A stretch of 63,069 nucleotides of DNA, the filler included, from Choristocarpus tenellus KU-1152 (lineage: Eukaryota; Protista; Phaeophyceae): assembly GCA_964200185.2 (NCBI GenBank). It is 12 parts of 12 records of this genome, joined end to end, with 100 filler letters (N's around TTAATTAATTAA, not from the genome) between each part and the next. Parts side by side here need not be neighbours in the genome. Positions count along the whole stretch, not along the records: positions 35,698 to 43,697 come from CAXNAD020005284.1; positions 43,798 to 46,758 come from CAXNAD020023341.1; positions 46,859 to 56,018 come from CAXNAD020003932.1; 9 more parts are not named here. One strand, 5' to 3'. A program made the translations under genes and the position numbers. Shown here in pieces: positions 43,496 to 56,018 of the stretch. The notes under the pieces were generated by a model. That model was given only the letters and a program-made list of their open reading frames with translations. It was not told the origin of the DNA and made no database searches. Positions within the stretch are counted from its first letter, which is position 1; each line of letters begins with the position of its first letter.

Positions 43496-46400
43496 GCCGG
43501 TGTCCGTTTTTGACCCTGGCTCGAAGTATCTGGGGAGGTTGGCGGCGGTCCATTTGGGACCAATTTTTTCGCGTCACGATTTTTGAGTGATTTGGTTCCA
43601 TACGTTGGATGGATAATGCAACTGCACTTTTCCTGGTTTGGTCCAAATGGACACTCTGGTGTCAACCCCCCCCCCCCCCCCCCCCCCACGTTTTGTCNNN
43701 NNNNNNNNNNNNNNNNNNNNNNNNNNNNNNNNNNNNNNNNNTTAATTAATTAANNNNNNNNNNNNNNNNNNNNNNNNNNNNNNNNNNNNNNNNNNNNGGG
43801 GAGGGGTGCCACCCTTCCTTTCGTCAACTACTCTTTCCACTACACTATCATCTGGCACTAGGAGGAGGAGAAATGGTGCAGATAAAGATGCAAGGCCAGA
43901 GAGCCTGGTGTGGAATGACGTCAGGCCAGGGACCTGGACAAGAGTAGATTGTGGTGGTGAACCTGAAAACGAGAGCAGGAGGAGAAAGCAACCACGAATC
44001 AAAAGCAAAGGTGTCGATGTGCCAGTAATGGGATTTTTAGAATTCAGGTGTAACCCTGCCTGGCAGCATCCTGCCCAGGTGCTGAAATGAGTTATTACAG
44101 ATGTGGTGGAGCTTCTAGGCTTGGGAGAGATGCTAGGCGGTTGGGGTGATTGTGCAGCAAAATGCTTGAAGTGTAGTGTTTTGTGGCAGGAGGTTGACTC
44201 ATAGGGGAGAGTCACCCCACCACACAACATCAGATCCTTACCACAATTTATTTTCTTCCAATCAAGATAGCATTTCCTATGTCTTTCATGTGCTATTTTC
44301 TCTCTGTTGGTGAGTAATGCGTGTCATTCTCACCTCAAGCTAGCGAAGACCCTTTTGTGGGTGTAATTTTTATAAAGAGGAGGATCATAGCAATGTCATC
44401 CACATGTAGTCATAATTTCTATTTTTATTTTTCCACTCTCCCTTCATCCCCCATTCCTTTTGGTGCCTGCCTGAGTGGAATAATGAACGGTATCAGCAGA
44501 GAGTAGTGCCACGGTGCAAGTCTTTGGTGCCAGTAAATATAACTTACTGCCCTCTAGAATTTATTTTTTCCATGTAGACCAAGTCAAAGCAATTGAGAGG
44601 CAGGCAAGGTTACCTTTTAAGGACCTGAGAAATGGCCAAAACATTTCTTCTTGTACAATTGCAGAAAAGGCCATTGCTCAATTGTGATGTCATTTTTTAT
44701 GTGGATAGAAGGTATATAATTTTTAAAGACCCCATTGTGTACATAATGCAATGGAATTAGGGTGTATTGCACTACTTGTAATGTTTTTATGTACAAGATA
44801 TACAAGCAACCACATCTTAGAGCGAGGGTTAGTTTAGTCTCGTTTGAGTATTTTGTACTTTCATAAACCTTGTGCTTGACACCTCACTCCCATACTTGAA
44901 ATGCAGCTAACTCCCTAGGAGTCTGTGACTGCAGAAGATTAGGCGAATATTCGTCTGCGTAAAGCACGAAATTATTATCTGGAGTACTAGAAGTACATGT
45001 ACCAAAAGGCAGCCACAAGGATTCCAAATAGTCAACGACATCCATCTCTAAGATAGGATGGCGTTTATGCCATTTTATTTTGGTGACAACTGATGTGTAC
45101 ACAGTTCTATTGTGTTTCCATTTGCTTTTTTGGCACAGCTCTCTTGCTCATGGATGGATAAGGCAACTGTGATGGTGGGTTTTATCTGTCGGGTGATTGA
45201 GTAAGCCGTGCAATTTTCGGTGTTGCCATGCATACCCAAGTGCGGATGGAGGTCTAGTTGTACTTGATTGACTTGCATTGTAGGTAAGCAAAACAATTAC
45301 ACGTACCCAGCAATATTTTCCATTAGCGACGCTGGAAGTCATTAGATATTACAATGGTGAATTTGTGTAATGTTTCCCATAATAGATAGCATGGAGCCTG
45401 AGAACAACCAAAAGATTTTACGTACATCATACTTAGTATAATGCACAGGGGTATGTACAAAGTATGTACATATTTTCCTGAGCACAAGAAGTAGCTGAGA
45501 TGAGTAATACACTCAGTAATTCTTCACAATTTATATATTTTTCTCTGTATATTGAAAAAAATGCACCACTGCCTGATCCATGTGGGAAAGCATTTCATCT
45601 GGTGCAACCATACTTCAAACGTCAAAGGCACAACGAGGAAGAATTGATCCACAGTTCTATTCTTGCTGACTGGGAATGACATTTCACAGCAAGTCTGAAG
45701 GTGTGGTAAGTATCCAGATTGGTGTGTCATGTCGGGATAATCACTGAGTCCGGAAATCTATCTTCCTCCAGGCATGACTATTATTTTTTAATATAATTTG
45801 AGATGTATATGCGTCTGCTCTATTGCCCAAATATATAAATGTTGTCATATCATTATGCAAGTGGGATGTGCCCATAGGGTACAGCGTCTCTTCATTACGG
45901 TCGCTATTTTGGACATGTGTAACTTGCAGTAGACATCATTTCATTTTAGGTGCCAATGACTTTAATATGTACTTGGCGTTAATATTGGGATAAACTGAAT
46001 GATCCACGGCGATTTTTGAAACTACCTGTGACAATTGAGCCAAATCAATTGAGAGGTAGGCGGGTTTGGACTCTTTTGCATTCTAAGCCATCTTTCTCAC
46101 CCTGTGCAATGCACTCTAGTTCATTGCTTTGTGTGAACAAAAGCGTAAAATTGATATCACCCCTTTCCACACACATAGTGACACACAACAATTCAGCAAA
46201 GGCGCCTTTTGCAGTTGTACAAAATTACATATTTTTCCTTTTCGCAGGATCCTTAAAATACAACCATGTCTACCTCTAAATTGGTTTAATTCATTTCCAA
46301 CTTTGCTGAAGAAATCTACAGGAGTGCATAGGGTCTCGACCATGCTTTCAGGAGGGAGGTCAGTTGAAGTGAGAATATCTTTAACACTTACTTTGAACAC

Positions 46401-46858
46401 CACGATCTTTATTTTTAGGGTAATAATTTATACTGCACACGCGCCATGCACGAATATATCGTAGCAGCACCAACCATTATTGTAGGTTCTGTGTGTATGG
46501 GGGCATTTGAGTACCTGCATAGTCATGTGTTGTGACAAATTTCACTAAGAAATGTTCTTTGAAGGGTTCCTCTGTGCTTCACTCTGATTTATTTTCTCCC
46601 TCTCTCACAAGAAAGCTCAATCCGAGCTCTCCATGCCTCTTCTCCTTGTTCTTAATGAGAAGAGTCTTTTTGTGGCAAGGCGCTTGGAAGGTGATGTCAG
46701 CAGGTAGATGTTTAATCTGTCTCTAGCACGGGTTATGACCCAAAGTATCTGGGAGGGGNNNNNNNNNNNNNNNNNNNNNNNNNNNNNNNNNNNNNNNNNN
46801 NNTTAATTAATTAANNNNNNNNNNNNNNNNNNNNNNNNNNNNNNNNNNNNNNNNNNNN

Positions 46859-47040
46859 GTAAGTGAATGAAGTAATGTAACTTGAACTTACAAGCGACTG
46901 ACGTAGTGTAACTTGAACTTATAAGTGACTGACGTAGTGTAACTGTCACAAACATGTTTAAACATATCTCTGACTTGTTTGATGACGAATGAATTAGATA
47001 ACAAGGGAGAGCACCACCCCACCTTGAGGATAGTGCTCAC
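46859..47040. repeat. Dispersed repeat end with ~31-bp tandem units; reverse-complement homolog at 60149-60270
   Basis: Shared ctgacgtagtgt..tgatgacg..tagataa..gagcacc..gtgctcac. Confidence 0.65.
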
Positions 47041-49024
47041 TCCGCTAATAAACAAATCCATACCACATAAAGCAAAATACTCTATCAGAGTAGCTCTCTT
47101 TGCATATTACCAACGGTGGGTGACGGAGTGTTCTCGTTGTTCCATAATCGCTTGATGACTATTTTGATATATGAAGTTGTTGTCGAGTTGACCTTGCTAT
47201 GTTCATTGATAGTAAGTCCATTGTGATCCTTTTCTTTGCTCATCATTATTTACCATCGTGTCATTCCTGTCCTATGCAACATGTTTCTCTGTGCCACTGG
47301 CCGTGTGTGTCCCGCGATCGCTCCTCACCTAACCCTTGTCCCGTTCGCCCACTGCACCGTTATGCTTACAGCATTCAACGAAGCGACAGAGAGTGTGGTT
47401 GAGCGCACGTTATACGATATGATATATTTTCAGCACAAGCTCCAAGAAGCTATCAAGCGACAGAGGAAGAAGAAAGATGTGTCAATCGCAGATATCCACA
47501 AGATATACCAGCAGGTGAGAGAATTGTCGACATTGGTGGGATTGTCGTGCTCTACTCCTCTTCCAGTTGGGTTACAGCTGTTGCGAGATATCCCTGTGTC
47601 GAATTATTCATCCTGTAGTCGTATGTATATGTGGTTGACCGCAGACGTTCAATATCAATTATTTCTTAATTATATTATCGACGGTGTTGCCTAAACCCCC
47701 CCGCCCTCCCCCCACACATATATATATATACAAAGCTTGCGTGGTAATGACGATGCCTCATCCTCGCTGGCTGTGTGCCTAATGTTTTCCTTTTTCTGCC
47801 CATCGCAAAGGTGGGCGTTACTGCCCCGTCGAAGACAACCTTACGAAAATGGCAGCAAGCTGTGAACTCCCTGCAACCCGAGTCCTTTGAGGTACTGAAG
47901 GAAGTGTGTGAATCCACGTCGCCAGCGATTGACCGCAGTGCAATCTCCCTAAACTATCTCACGACCGAGGAGTTCACCGGCTTCACTTCTCTCAAGCAGG
48001 GGCTATGCATCCAACTGCTTGCTAGGCAAGTCAGAACGCCATCGTGTTTTATCGTGTAGGCAGCAGTAAGCACAGTTTATGCAGGTTGCAGCACATTTCA
48101 CACGAGCGTAAAATAAGTCTCAAAAGCTGACGAATTTAGTCGCCATTTTTGTGTCGAATAAAAATGCCTTCGTGGTATTCTGGTAATTCTACAGTGTGTG
48201 TTGCCTGTGTATGTGCGCTCTCGTCTTATAGGAAGTACGACAATCGAGTGATGAATATTTGCTGCAGTGGCGACCCTCCCCTCTTCGTAACCTGCGCATC
48301 GTTCTCCTTGATGCCCTTCGTGTAAATTATATTTTAGCAGATACAAGTTGCACTACGGGAAGGCTCCTACAACGAAGGACCACAAGGAGATCGAATCGGA
48401 CGCGCACATGTCTGAGATGTTTGTCTCGGGCACCAGGCAGATTGTGCCCAAGGAGGAGTGGACATCAGCGCTCCAAAGGTCTGTAAATTGTGCCATTGGT
48501 GTTGAGTATTTTGTTTTTGTCCTTTTCCGTAACTCCTGCGCACCCATACGTCACCTTCCGCCACTGCATTGTATAATACACCATCAGCGTCTTTTTCTGC
48601 ACCGCACTTACTTATTATTGCAAAATCGCCCTGAATTTCAAGCGCCACTATGGGGAGAGGACGAAGGAGGTGGCCCAACTTCTGCAGAAGGTTTCATCTG
48701 GCGACCAACAGGCGGGGCCCGTCCGCCAACTGAGGACAGACATCTCCGCGGTTGTCGAAGTGAAACCTATGCAACGGATCAGAGCCGTAAGTGTGCCTCC
48801 CGTGTTCGTAACTACAGCTGATTTGGCTTGTACCGTAATATATAGTTGATGCTTGGTAGGATTGGTTGTGGATCTTCTTCGTGATTCTGTGGCGACAAGG
48901 TTGCCTTCTGTACTACAAACCTTGCTGTTTTGTCTGTCCTCGTCTTTCATAACTAATAGTGGAAATAGTAAATCGTTTTCTTCCACTGTAGAAAACGATC
49001 TTGACCAATCCCCACCTCGTTCCT

Positions 49025-49291
49025 AAGTGCAAGTATCTTAGAGGACACGAATCTTGCCGTGTTTGTTCATTTGGGGCTTGGCTTCTCATGTGTGTTTTTT
49101 ACGACTTTTTCCTACTGCAAAATGTTTAGGAGTAGGTTAAATGTGTATGTTATGAAAGGTGTGTCCGAAATATAGATATAGACACTTCCTAACAAAAACG
49201 ATAGCCAAAATTACATTAAAATTACATCAAAATCACATCATTGTCTTTTGACCCCCAATTGGACGAAGTTCTATTTTCTAATATACTTTGA
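49025..49291 (+). mobile_element. MITE family 1 degenerate copy; further partial copies at 14457-~14695, 16676-16742, 25108-25171 and 35539-35597
   Basis: Colinear with the family consensus; possible TCCT TSD. Confidence 0.8.
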
Positions 49292-51340
49292 TCCTTTTGC
49301 CTCCAATATGCGTCACTGAAAAAAATGTATATGATTGGCGTCCTCGACATCAACGTTTTTCAAACTATTTCTCTTCGTAAGCCGCCTCCATTAAACATTT
49401 TCACCACATCAACCATATCGTTTGCTCTGCCCGATTTCCATGCTATCGTACTTCCACTACCCTCTCCCATTTTATTACGTCACCATCGTCCCCTCCTCTC
49501 CTCAACGACTTCCCCTAACCCTATCCACTACTAGATTATCGAGAAGGACTCGTCTCTACGCGCTTACCTCGCCACCTGGGATGGTAAATACCAGGATGTA
49601 CTCAACCGGGTCAACCTCCACCAGGCCCACATCGGGTGGGGCTGTGTTTGCGGCGGCGCAGAAGCTGAGAGAAACAACGGATCGGCATCAAATGAACGTG
49701 AGAAAGAGGAGGGGGGAGGGACGAAGGCGAAGGAGGCGACCAAGACGTCAGAGGGAACGAAGACGTCGAAGGGAACAGACTCCCTGACATGGAGGATGCG
49801 GACGAAGGGGGTTCTGCGGGCAGTGTTGAGGAACTTCAAAACGGCCATGGAGGGCGGAATGCGGGCGTTTGCTGTGCTGAATGCAATCCCCCACCTACGT
49901 CTCGGTGAGTAATGTACTTGTAACGGTACACGTGTAGGGCGGAGTGTAATTAATAGCGTAAGATTGGTTTCCATCCAATCCCCCGAACGGATAGATACTT
50001 TGTATATTTTCAGCGGCGCACACCATTGAACCGGTGGTATGTTGCGGGATCCCCATGTATGCAGCGCTGCGGTAGCTACCCCCACGTCTCTTTATTTACC
50101 ACAGTACGATTGTGTGTTAATAATGCATGTACATCACCGACATTTGTACCTCACCTGTACTGTCTTGCGTCGCCAATTTCGTGATCCTTCGTAACCGTGG
50201 ATTCCCGCGTTGTGTTGTTGTGCCCAATTGTTTTTTGGAATAATACTATCCTGTCTGTTTAATGCTCTCGTCCGATTACACGCGCGACAGGTATTCACGC
50301 CCAAGGTGCTCAATCACCCATATGGGCGAATGTGCCAACGCGGAGATAGTAGGCGACGAAAGGGACAAGGATCAACTATGTATCAATTGCCCCATGGCAC
50401 GGGAGGGCAGTGAAGGGTCTGAATCAGTGGATAACGAAGCGGCGGGTCGGGACAGGGGCAAGGGTAAGGGTAAGGCTCGCGCAAGGAGAGCAGGCGTGTC
50501 ACCAACAACGCAAAGCCTTTTACGTCCCAACTCACACAGCGAAACGGCCGACAAGGAGAAGTGCATGTGGGTCTCCGCGTTGTTGCACATTATACCGACA
50601 CATGAGTCGTCTCTGCGTGTTTGTTTTCGCGTTGGTTTGCACATAGATCGTGGCTGCTTGTACATTATGTGGCTTGCTCATCCTAATTACCTTGAGTGTG
50701 TCGATTTTTTGGAGGGTTCCATGGGACACGGAACTTAGTGTTTTGATGCCTACCTTCCTTCCACGAGATGTGTCTGATGAGTCTGGCGTTGTGGAGGGTA
50801 CAGCCTGACATTTTGGAGATCCCGTGAAAATATTGTGAGGAACTCACTTAAGGAAAAGATTGCCTGCACCGTCGCTTACTATGCCGCCCTTCTTGTCGTG
50901 CTGTCTGTCTACTGTGTCGTGTGTCATGATGTCCAAGCAGGAGCGAGAAAACTGCACTACACGACCTTCACCCTCTAGACCCCACGATGTCCTTAGACGA
51001 ACTTGGTGATTTCGTCTTCCGCAACGCCCCAAAGCTCGCCATAATGTCCATTGTCGCCGAGCCAAGACTGCTCACATCGACGAAGAGGCGACCAACACAT
51101 ACCTGCGCGAGATGCTTCAATGCTTGCGGGATAAGATGCATCCTCAGGGCACCATCGCGCTTTTGGCGCCCCATCCGTGGAAGGTGCATTTACACCGCCT
51201 AAACGGTAAGTTGCAGAATTCGCCAGCGCTGAAATACGGGGTGTATTGCGGGAGAATATCGAAATCAACTATGACTGTTATCATTCCGTCCATGTGTCGA
51301 TCGAATATTTGGCGACCGTTCAGTAGATGAGGATCAGGTC

Positions 51341-51918
51341 GTGTGTATTCCTATATTCTTCACTTTTCCCATGTTGTTTCATGTTCTTCATACCTTTCGT
51401 TTCCTTTTGTTTCGCTTGCTCTCTCCCCCCGGCCAGTACGTACTTATTTGTTTCATTGTCCATTCTCTCGCATGCTGGTGTTACTTGTGTTCACCACATT
51501 TTTTTGCGATATTTTCTCCTGTTATTACTTAATCTCCTAGTGTTTGCAATTTTTTCATTGAGCATTTGCCTTGCGTTCCAGACTCATTGTACTCTTATAA
51601 TGTTAGTGACACGAGATTCCATGAATCCCTGTGTATTCCAATATTCTTTACTTTTCACATGTTCTTTCATGTTCTTCATACCTTTCACTTCCTTTTATGT
51701 CGCTTGCTCTCCCCCCCCCCCCGCAAGTAACGATGTTATTTGTTTCATTGTCCCTTCTCTCACATGCTGGTGTTACTCGTGTTCACACTCTTTTGCCATA
51801 TTTACTCCTGTTATTCCTCAATCTCCTATTTATTGCATTTTTTGCGTTGGTTATTCCCCCTGCGTTACACACTCATTGTACTATTATAATGTTAGTGGTA
51901 TGAGATTTCATGAATCCC
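51341..51918. repeat. Intronic tandem duplication, 2 x ~289 bp, diverged
   Basis: 51341-51629 aligns end to end with 51630-51918; both end in catgaatccc. Confidence 0.85.
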
Positions 51919-53363
51919 TACGATAAATACTTGTGTGATGTCACTGTCAAGTTTGATACATGCCGGACCCACACGCTCCCTCCCGCCTTCTCTTCATCCA
52001 GAGGCTCTTACCTTGTCGAAGGTGGGCTTGATTGTGGAGGATCATCCCCTAACCCTAATATACAAGACGAGGAGGGGGGGGCGCCCTCAATTAGGCACAG
52101 ACAACCATCTCAAAAGCCACCAGGACATGATTCTTCTCACGCACAACGATGGGACAATGTTCACATGCAATAAGCGAGTCATAGTCGACGACATCTTCGG
52201 ACACGGGCGTGATACATCTCCTGTTGTACTCCAATCCATGATGGATGTCGAATACGAAGGTGCTGCCTCGGACATCCCCATGAGGGCCCTCCACTTCCTT
52301 GTTAACAGGTTCGTTAATAACGTCACACACATCCTTCTTCACAGAAGCAGCGATTTATTTATTTTTTATAGAAGGTGTAGGACATCGTTTAACAGTAACA
52401 GAACGAGCTGGGTGACGGTTCAGGGGCGTCAATCCATACCACGAGTTTGTTTTCCAAATCGGTACGTTAGCATGGAAACACACAAAGAGCGTGTTGCCCT
52501 GTACCGGAACATACTGCATACACAGCGAAATGATGAATCCGTGCGCAATTCAATATACCACGTTAGGGCTAATTTACGAACTGCCCTCCTGTGATAGGTA
52601 CACGAATGCGGGGGACACCGTCGTCTCCTACAGCGCAGAGAGGCACAATTTGGTGGAGGCGGCCCTTGAACGGAGCAGGAGGGTGGAGGTGTTCGTGTCC
52701 AACGCAGCGTCAAAGGACGAGGTGAAGGAGAGGATGGCCACGTCCTTCGGCCAAGCCTACGAGGAGGGCAAGTGGAAGGTAAGAAGGGTGTGCTGGCTTT
52801 TGTTTCCATTGCTTTCCAACTTGTTTGTACTACTAACCCTATGGATAGGTCTCGAGCTTGCAATTGTACTTGAGATGTTTCCTTGTGGACGTTTACACGT
52901 AGCCAACTTTGTGCATGCAGCTACCCACACCACCGCTGGAAATCGCGAGTCCCCAAGACTTTGCTATGATCGTCGGTACGTGGTAATGTCCCCATTCCCA
53001 CACAAAAAATATAAAAACATTGTGCAGTACATCACATCTTTAACCAACTAACCCTAACCCATACCTATGTGACAAAACCTTTTCGCATGGCTAACCCACT
53101 TCACTGCCACATTGTTGGACTGTCACATATAGCACGTGATGCTACAGATAGCCACGTCTCTCGCTCAAGAACGCGTGATAGGCCCTTCCTGTCTGCCGAG
53201 AGCCTCAGGGCAGACCCTCGTCCCAACGGAGACGCATTGATGTTTTGCTGAGGCCGTCCATCCTCAAGGAAAGGCGATGGGACGCGGTGAGGCTACCGTT
53301 TTCGTAACGAAGGCGGTGGCGACGGGCTTCGGCTACCAGATCGAGGTGAATGTGGTATGGAAT

Positions 53364-53704
53364 GAGTGAAAGTATCTTAGAGGGAACGAATTTTTCACTA
53401 TCCATTTGTGGGGCTTGGCACATGATGGATGTTTATGATATTTTCCGTCTCATTGGTATGTTTCGGAGTAGGTAAAAAGTATACGTTTGTGGGGCTTGGC
53501 TTCCCATGCTTTTTTTTGTTGACATCGGCCTTTGCAGAAAATTTCTCGGAGTATGTAAAATGTATACGTCGTGAAAGGTGTGTCCGAAACATAGATATTG
53601 ACACTACTTCCTAACAAACACGATATCCAAGATTTCGCCAAATCGCAACATCATATTTTGACACCCAAATTGACGTGGCTCTTCCCTCTAAGATACTTTG
53701 GCTC
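53364..53704 (+). mobile_element. MITE family 1 copy with ~80-bp internal duplication; TSD GAAT
   Basis: GAAT|GAGTGAAAG...TTTGGCTC|GAAT; the tttgtggggcttggc block occurs twice. Confidence 0.9.
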
Positions 53705-53882
53705 GAATACGCTAATTTACTAATTTTGTTGAGATTGAACAGCAGACTTTAGTTACCAACACACACGATATCCAATTTATTTTTATTCGTAAGTCCTAAC
53801 CTACCTAATGCGGCACCCAAACACGTCGTATACAAATATGTGGGCCTTAGGGGTAGTATTGCGTTGGTAGCGTGTGTGACTT

Positions 53883-54141
53883 GAGTGAAAGTATCTTAGA
53901 GGGTATGAGTTTTGTGCTGTTTGTCCATCTGGGGCTTGGCTTCTCTCGGGGTTTTTTATGACATTTTCCTAGTCCAAAATATTTCGGAGAAGGTAAAATG
54001 AATTTTTTACGAAAAGGTGTGCCTAGAACAAGGATATTGACACTTCCTAACAAACACAATAGCCAAAATTACATCAAAATTGCAACATTGGATTTTGACC
54101 CCCAAATGGACGCGGCTCTACCCTCTAAGATACTTTGGCTC
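53883..54141 (+). mobile_element. MITE family 1 reference copy (259 bp; TIR GAG(T/C)(G/C)AAAGTATCTTAGAGGGTA; 4-bp TSD ACTT)
   Basis: TIRs at both ends, flanked by ACTT...ACTT. Confidence 0.92.
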
Positions 54142-55764
54142 ACTTTTAGGCCACAATAGTGGTGCCGTCTTTGCAACCACCATCTTCGGACGATATTACC
54201 TCCAATTCACAAACATTCATGAATTGCCGTACTATAACCCCCCATCAATACCCCTCGACCCCACCCAACTCCACCGATGTCTTTATCCTCCGCAATATTC
54301 AGCCACGTTCAAGCTCGTCCTTGAATCCCGCGGAAATGGCCGTGTACCCAATCGAAGGGAAAAACTACAAGGTCGGTGGGAATGACATCCCTGTGTGGGG
54401 CGATCTCGTTGTGTGCAATTCTCGATCGGAGGCCTTCGATTGGCTCTCCCACGAAGACATTGAAGAACAATTACATCTGTCTACTCCATGTGGCCAGCAA
54501 CAGACAGCTCAAGCGTATGCTTGAGCCTGATAGGGAGGTGTGTGGGTCGGACGCAGAGCTCTACTTGCGCGTGGCAGTCACTTGCCCATTGTACTACATG
54601 CAATGGACCGAGAATGCATCCGACGCGAATATCGATTTCGCATCGGAAGTGCCACAAAGTGGAAGCCGTGATCAGGTCCTACTCCCCTTCTCTCAGGTTG
54701 GCGCTGGAGAGACGTTCGTCACTCCCGTGACCGGGAGGGTGTGCAAACCCCGACTGAAAGATGACACCAGATCACCATTCAACGCACTCCCGGGTGGTAG
54801 GGTAGTGCATTCTCGAGGGTTCGAATTGGTGGATTCTGACTCAGAATTGACGCCAATGACCACTAGAAAGCGCAAGTATCCCTCTTCCGGCACGGGTGAA
54901 AAAGGTACTGGTCGCAACGTATGGAGTGGAGGTAGTGATTCTGCCATGGAAGAGCAGGAGGACGAAGAGGAAGGAGAAGAGGAGTTAGGGTATGATACAG
55001 AGAAAGATGAAGTATAGATATAATAGTTGTAAGAAGATAATTGGGACGGCGGGCGGGTAGGAGTCATGATTTCTCTATTCTATGTGACGCATGTTTTTTT
55101 TTTTACTATATTTTATTTAAGGGCTGTTGTTGTGGCATTATTCTTCCCCTTCGTGTCATCTCTTGCGATTTATCACAACAACTCCAACAACTTGCACGAG
55201 AAAATAGATAAACGCAGATCGACGTATCGGACAGGCAGGGTGTCGTGGGGGAGAATATCGCATTGCCCAATATATCGGGCATGACTGAGATATTCGTACA
55301 AAGAGTTCGATCATCATAGTACGATGAAACTATTACTTATATGCACTCAATGTTAACTTCTTCTTCTACCTGGCGACAACAACAGTAATTGATAAACAAT
55401 CTAATAATATGGCAAAATAACACTACTGCTTCTTCTTCTTCTCTTCTTCTTCCTATTATTAAGCGTGCCAAAACTACACGACAATACACACCCGTTAACA
55501 CCAAAAACATACGCGAAGCACAAGCTTTTCATGTATGTCTACGAGTCAAAAATGTGTTCGTTCTTCTTTGTGAACTTGGTAAGTTTTTTTTGTGCATGTG
55601 ACCTACTAATAGTCCCTTACTGCTTGTACAAACCACATAATAATAACACTCGAATAAATATTCATAACTAGTAGAAGAAGCCGTATGTATATACGTATGT
55701 ACTGTATAATACAATCTGTAGTGTACCACACATATTATTATAAGAATACCAAAACCGTTACCGG

Positions 55765-56018
55765 CTCCCCCCCGGGGGGGGGGTCGAATGTCCTTATTAT
55801 ACCTTAGGCTTGGTCGAGGTCGGTTCCAATGTGCAGCGGTGCCCTCCACAAGTAGTACCCAAATATTTTTGAATAAAAATATATGTGGACCCTTAAAAAG
55901 TGCCGAAACAGTTTTTTTTAAAACACATCCCGGACCCTTAAAAGTGCCGAAACATTTTCAAAAAAAAACATATCGGTACTTTTCCGCACAAATTTCGATC
56001 ATAACCCATCCTCAACAC
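55765..56018. repeat. Repeat with a C7-G10 palindrome and ~44-bp direct repeats; homologous to 25272-25410
   Basis: ggacccttaaaagtgccgaaaca occurs twice; similar blocks and catcctcaa in both regions. Confidence 0.55.

Larger units (their letters stand above)
47060..55017 (+). pseudogene. Decayed multi-exon gene: ParB-like/HTH + PHD finger + degenerate beta-class N6A/N4C DNA-MTase fold + degenerate SET domain
   Basis: Exons ~47060-47115, 47372-47514, 47811-48025 (GC donor), 48341-48478, 48624-48786 (acceptor reads AA), 49535-49904, 50291-50463/50566, 50979-51205, 52002-52259, 52372-52461, 52598-52778, 53148-53345 (TGA at 53238) and 54303-55017. Most junctions are phase-compatible; about 4 frameshifts are needed. 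Confidence 0.6.

Noticed and set aside
51327-51926. 199-aa hydrophobic ORF resembling a membrane protein
   Set aside because: It coincides with a T-rich intronic tandem duplication between two spliceable exons; a compositional artefact
52047-52058. CCCTAACCCTAA in a coding exon as a telomeric insertion
   Set aside because: The frame is preserved and the residues fit the expected MTase strand region; without an ancestral copy it cannot be distinguished from chance
47085-53240. In-frame TAG/TGA codons suggesting stop-codon reassignment
   Set aside because: They co-occur with frameshifts and a broken acceptor, and intact genes such as PRMT7 have no internal stops and end in TAG; pseudogenisation explains them
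38424-55017. A methyltransferase gene cluster (PRMT7 next to the MTase-SET fusion)
   Set aside because: The genes are on different contigs separated by two artificial spacers, so the adjacency is meaningless
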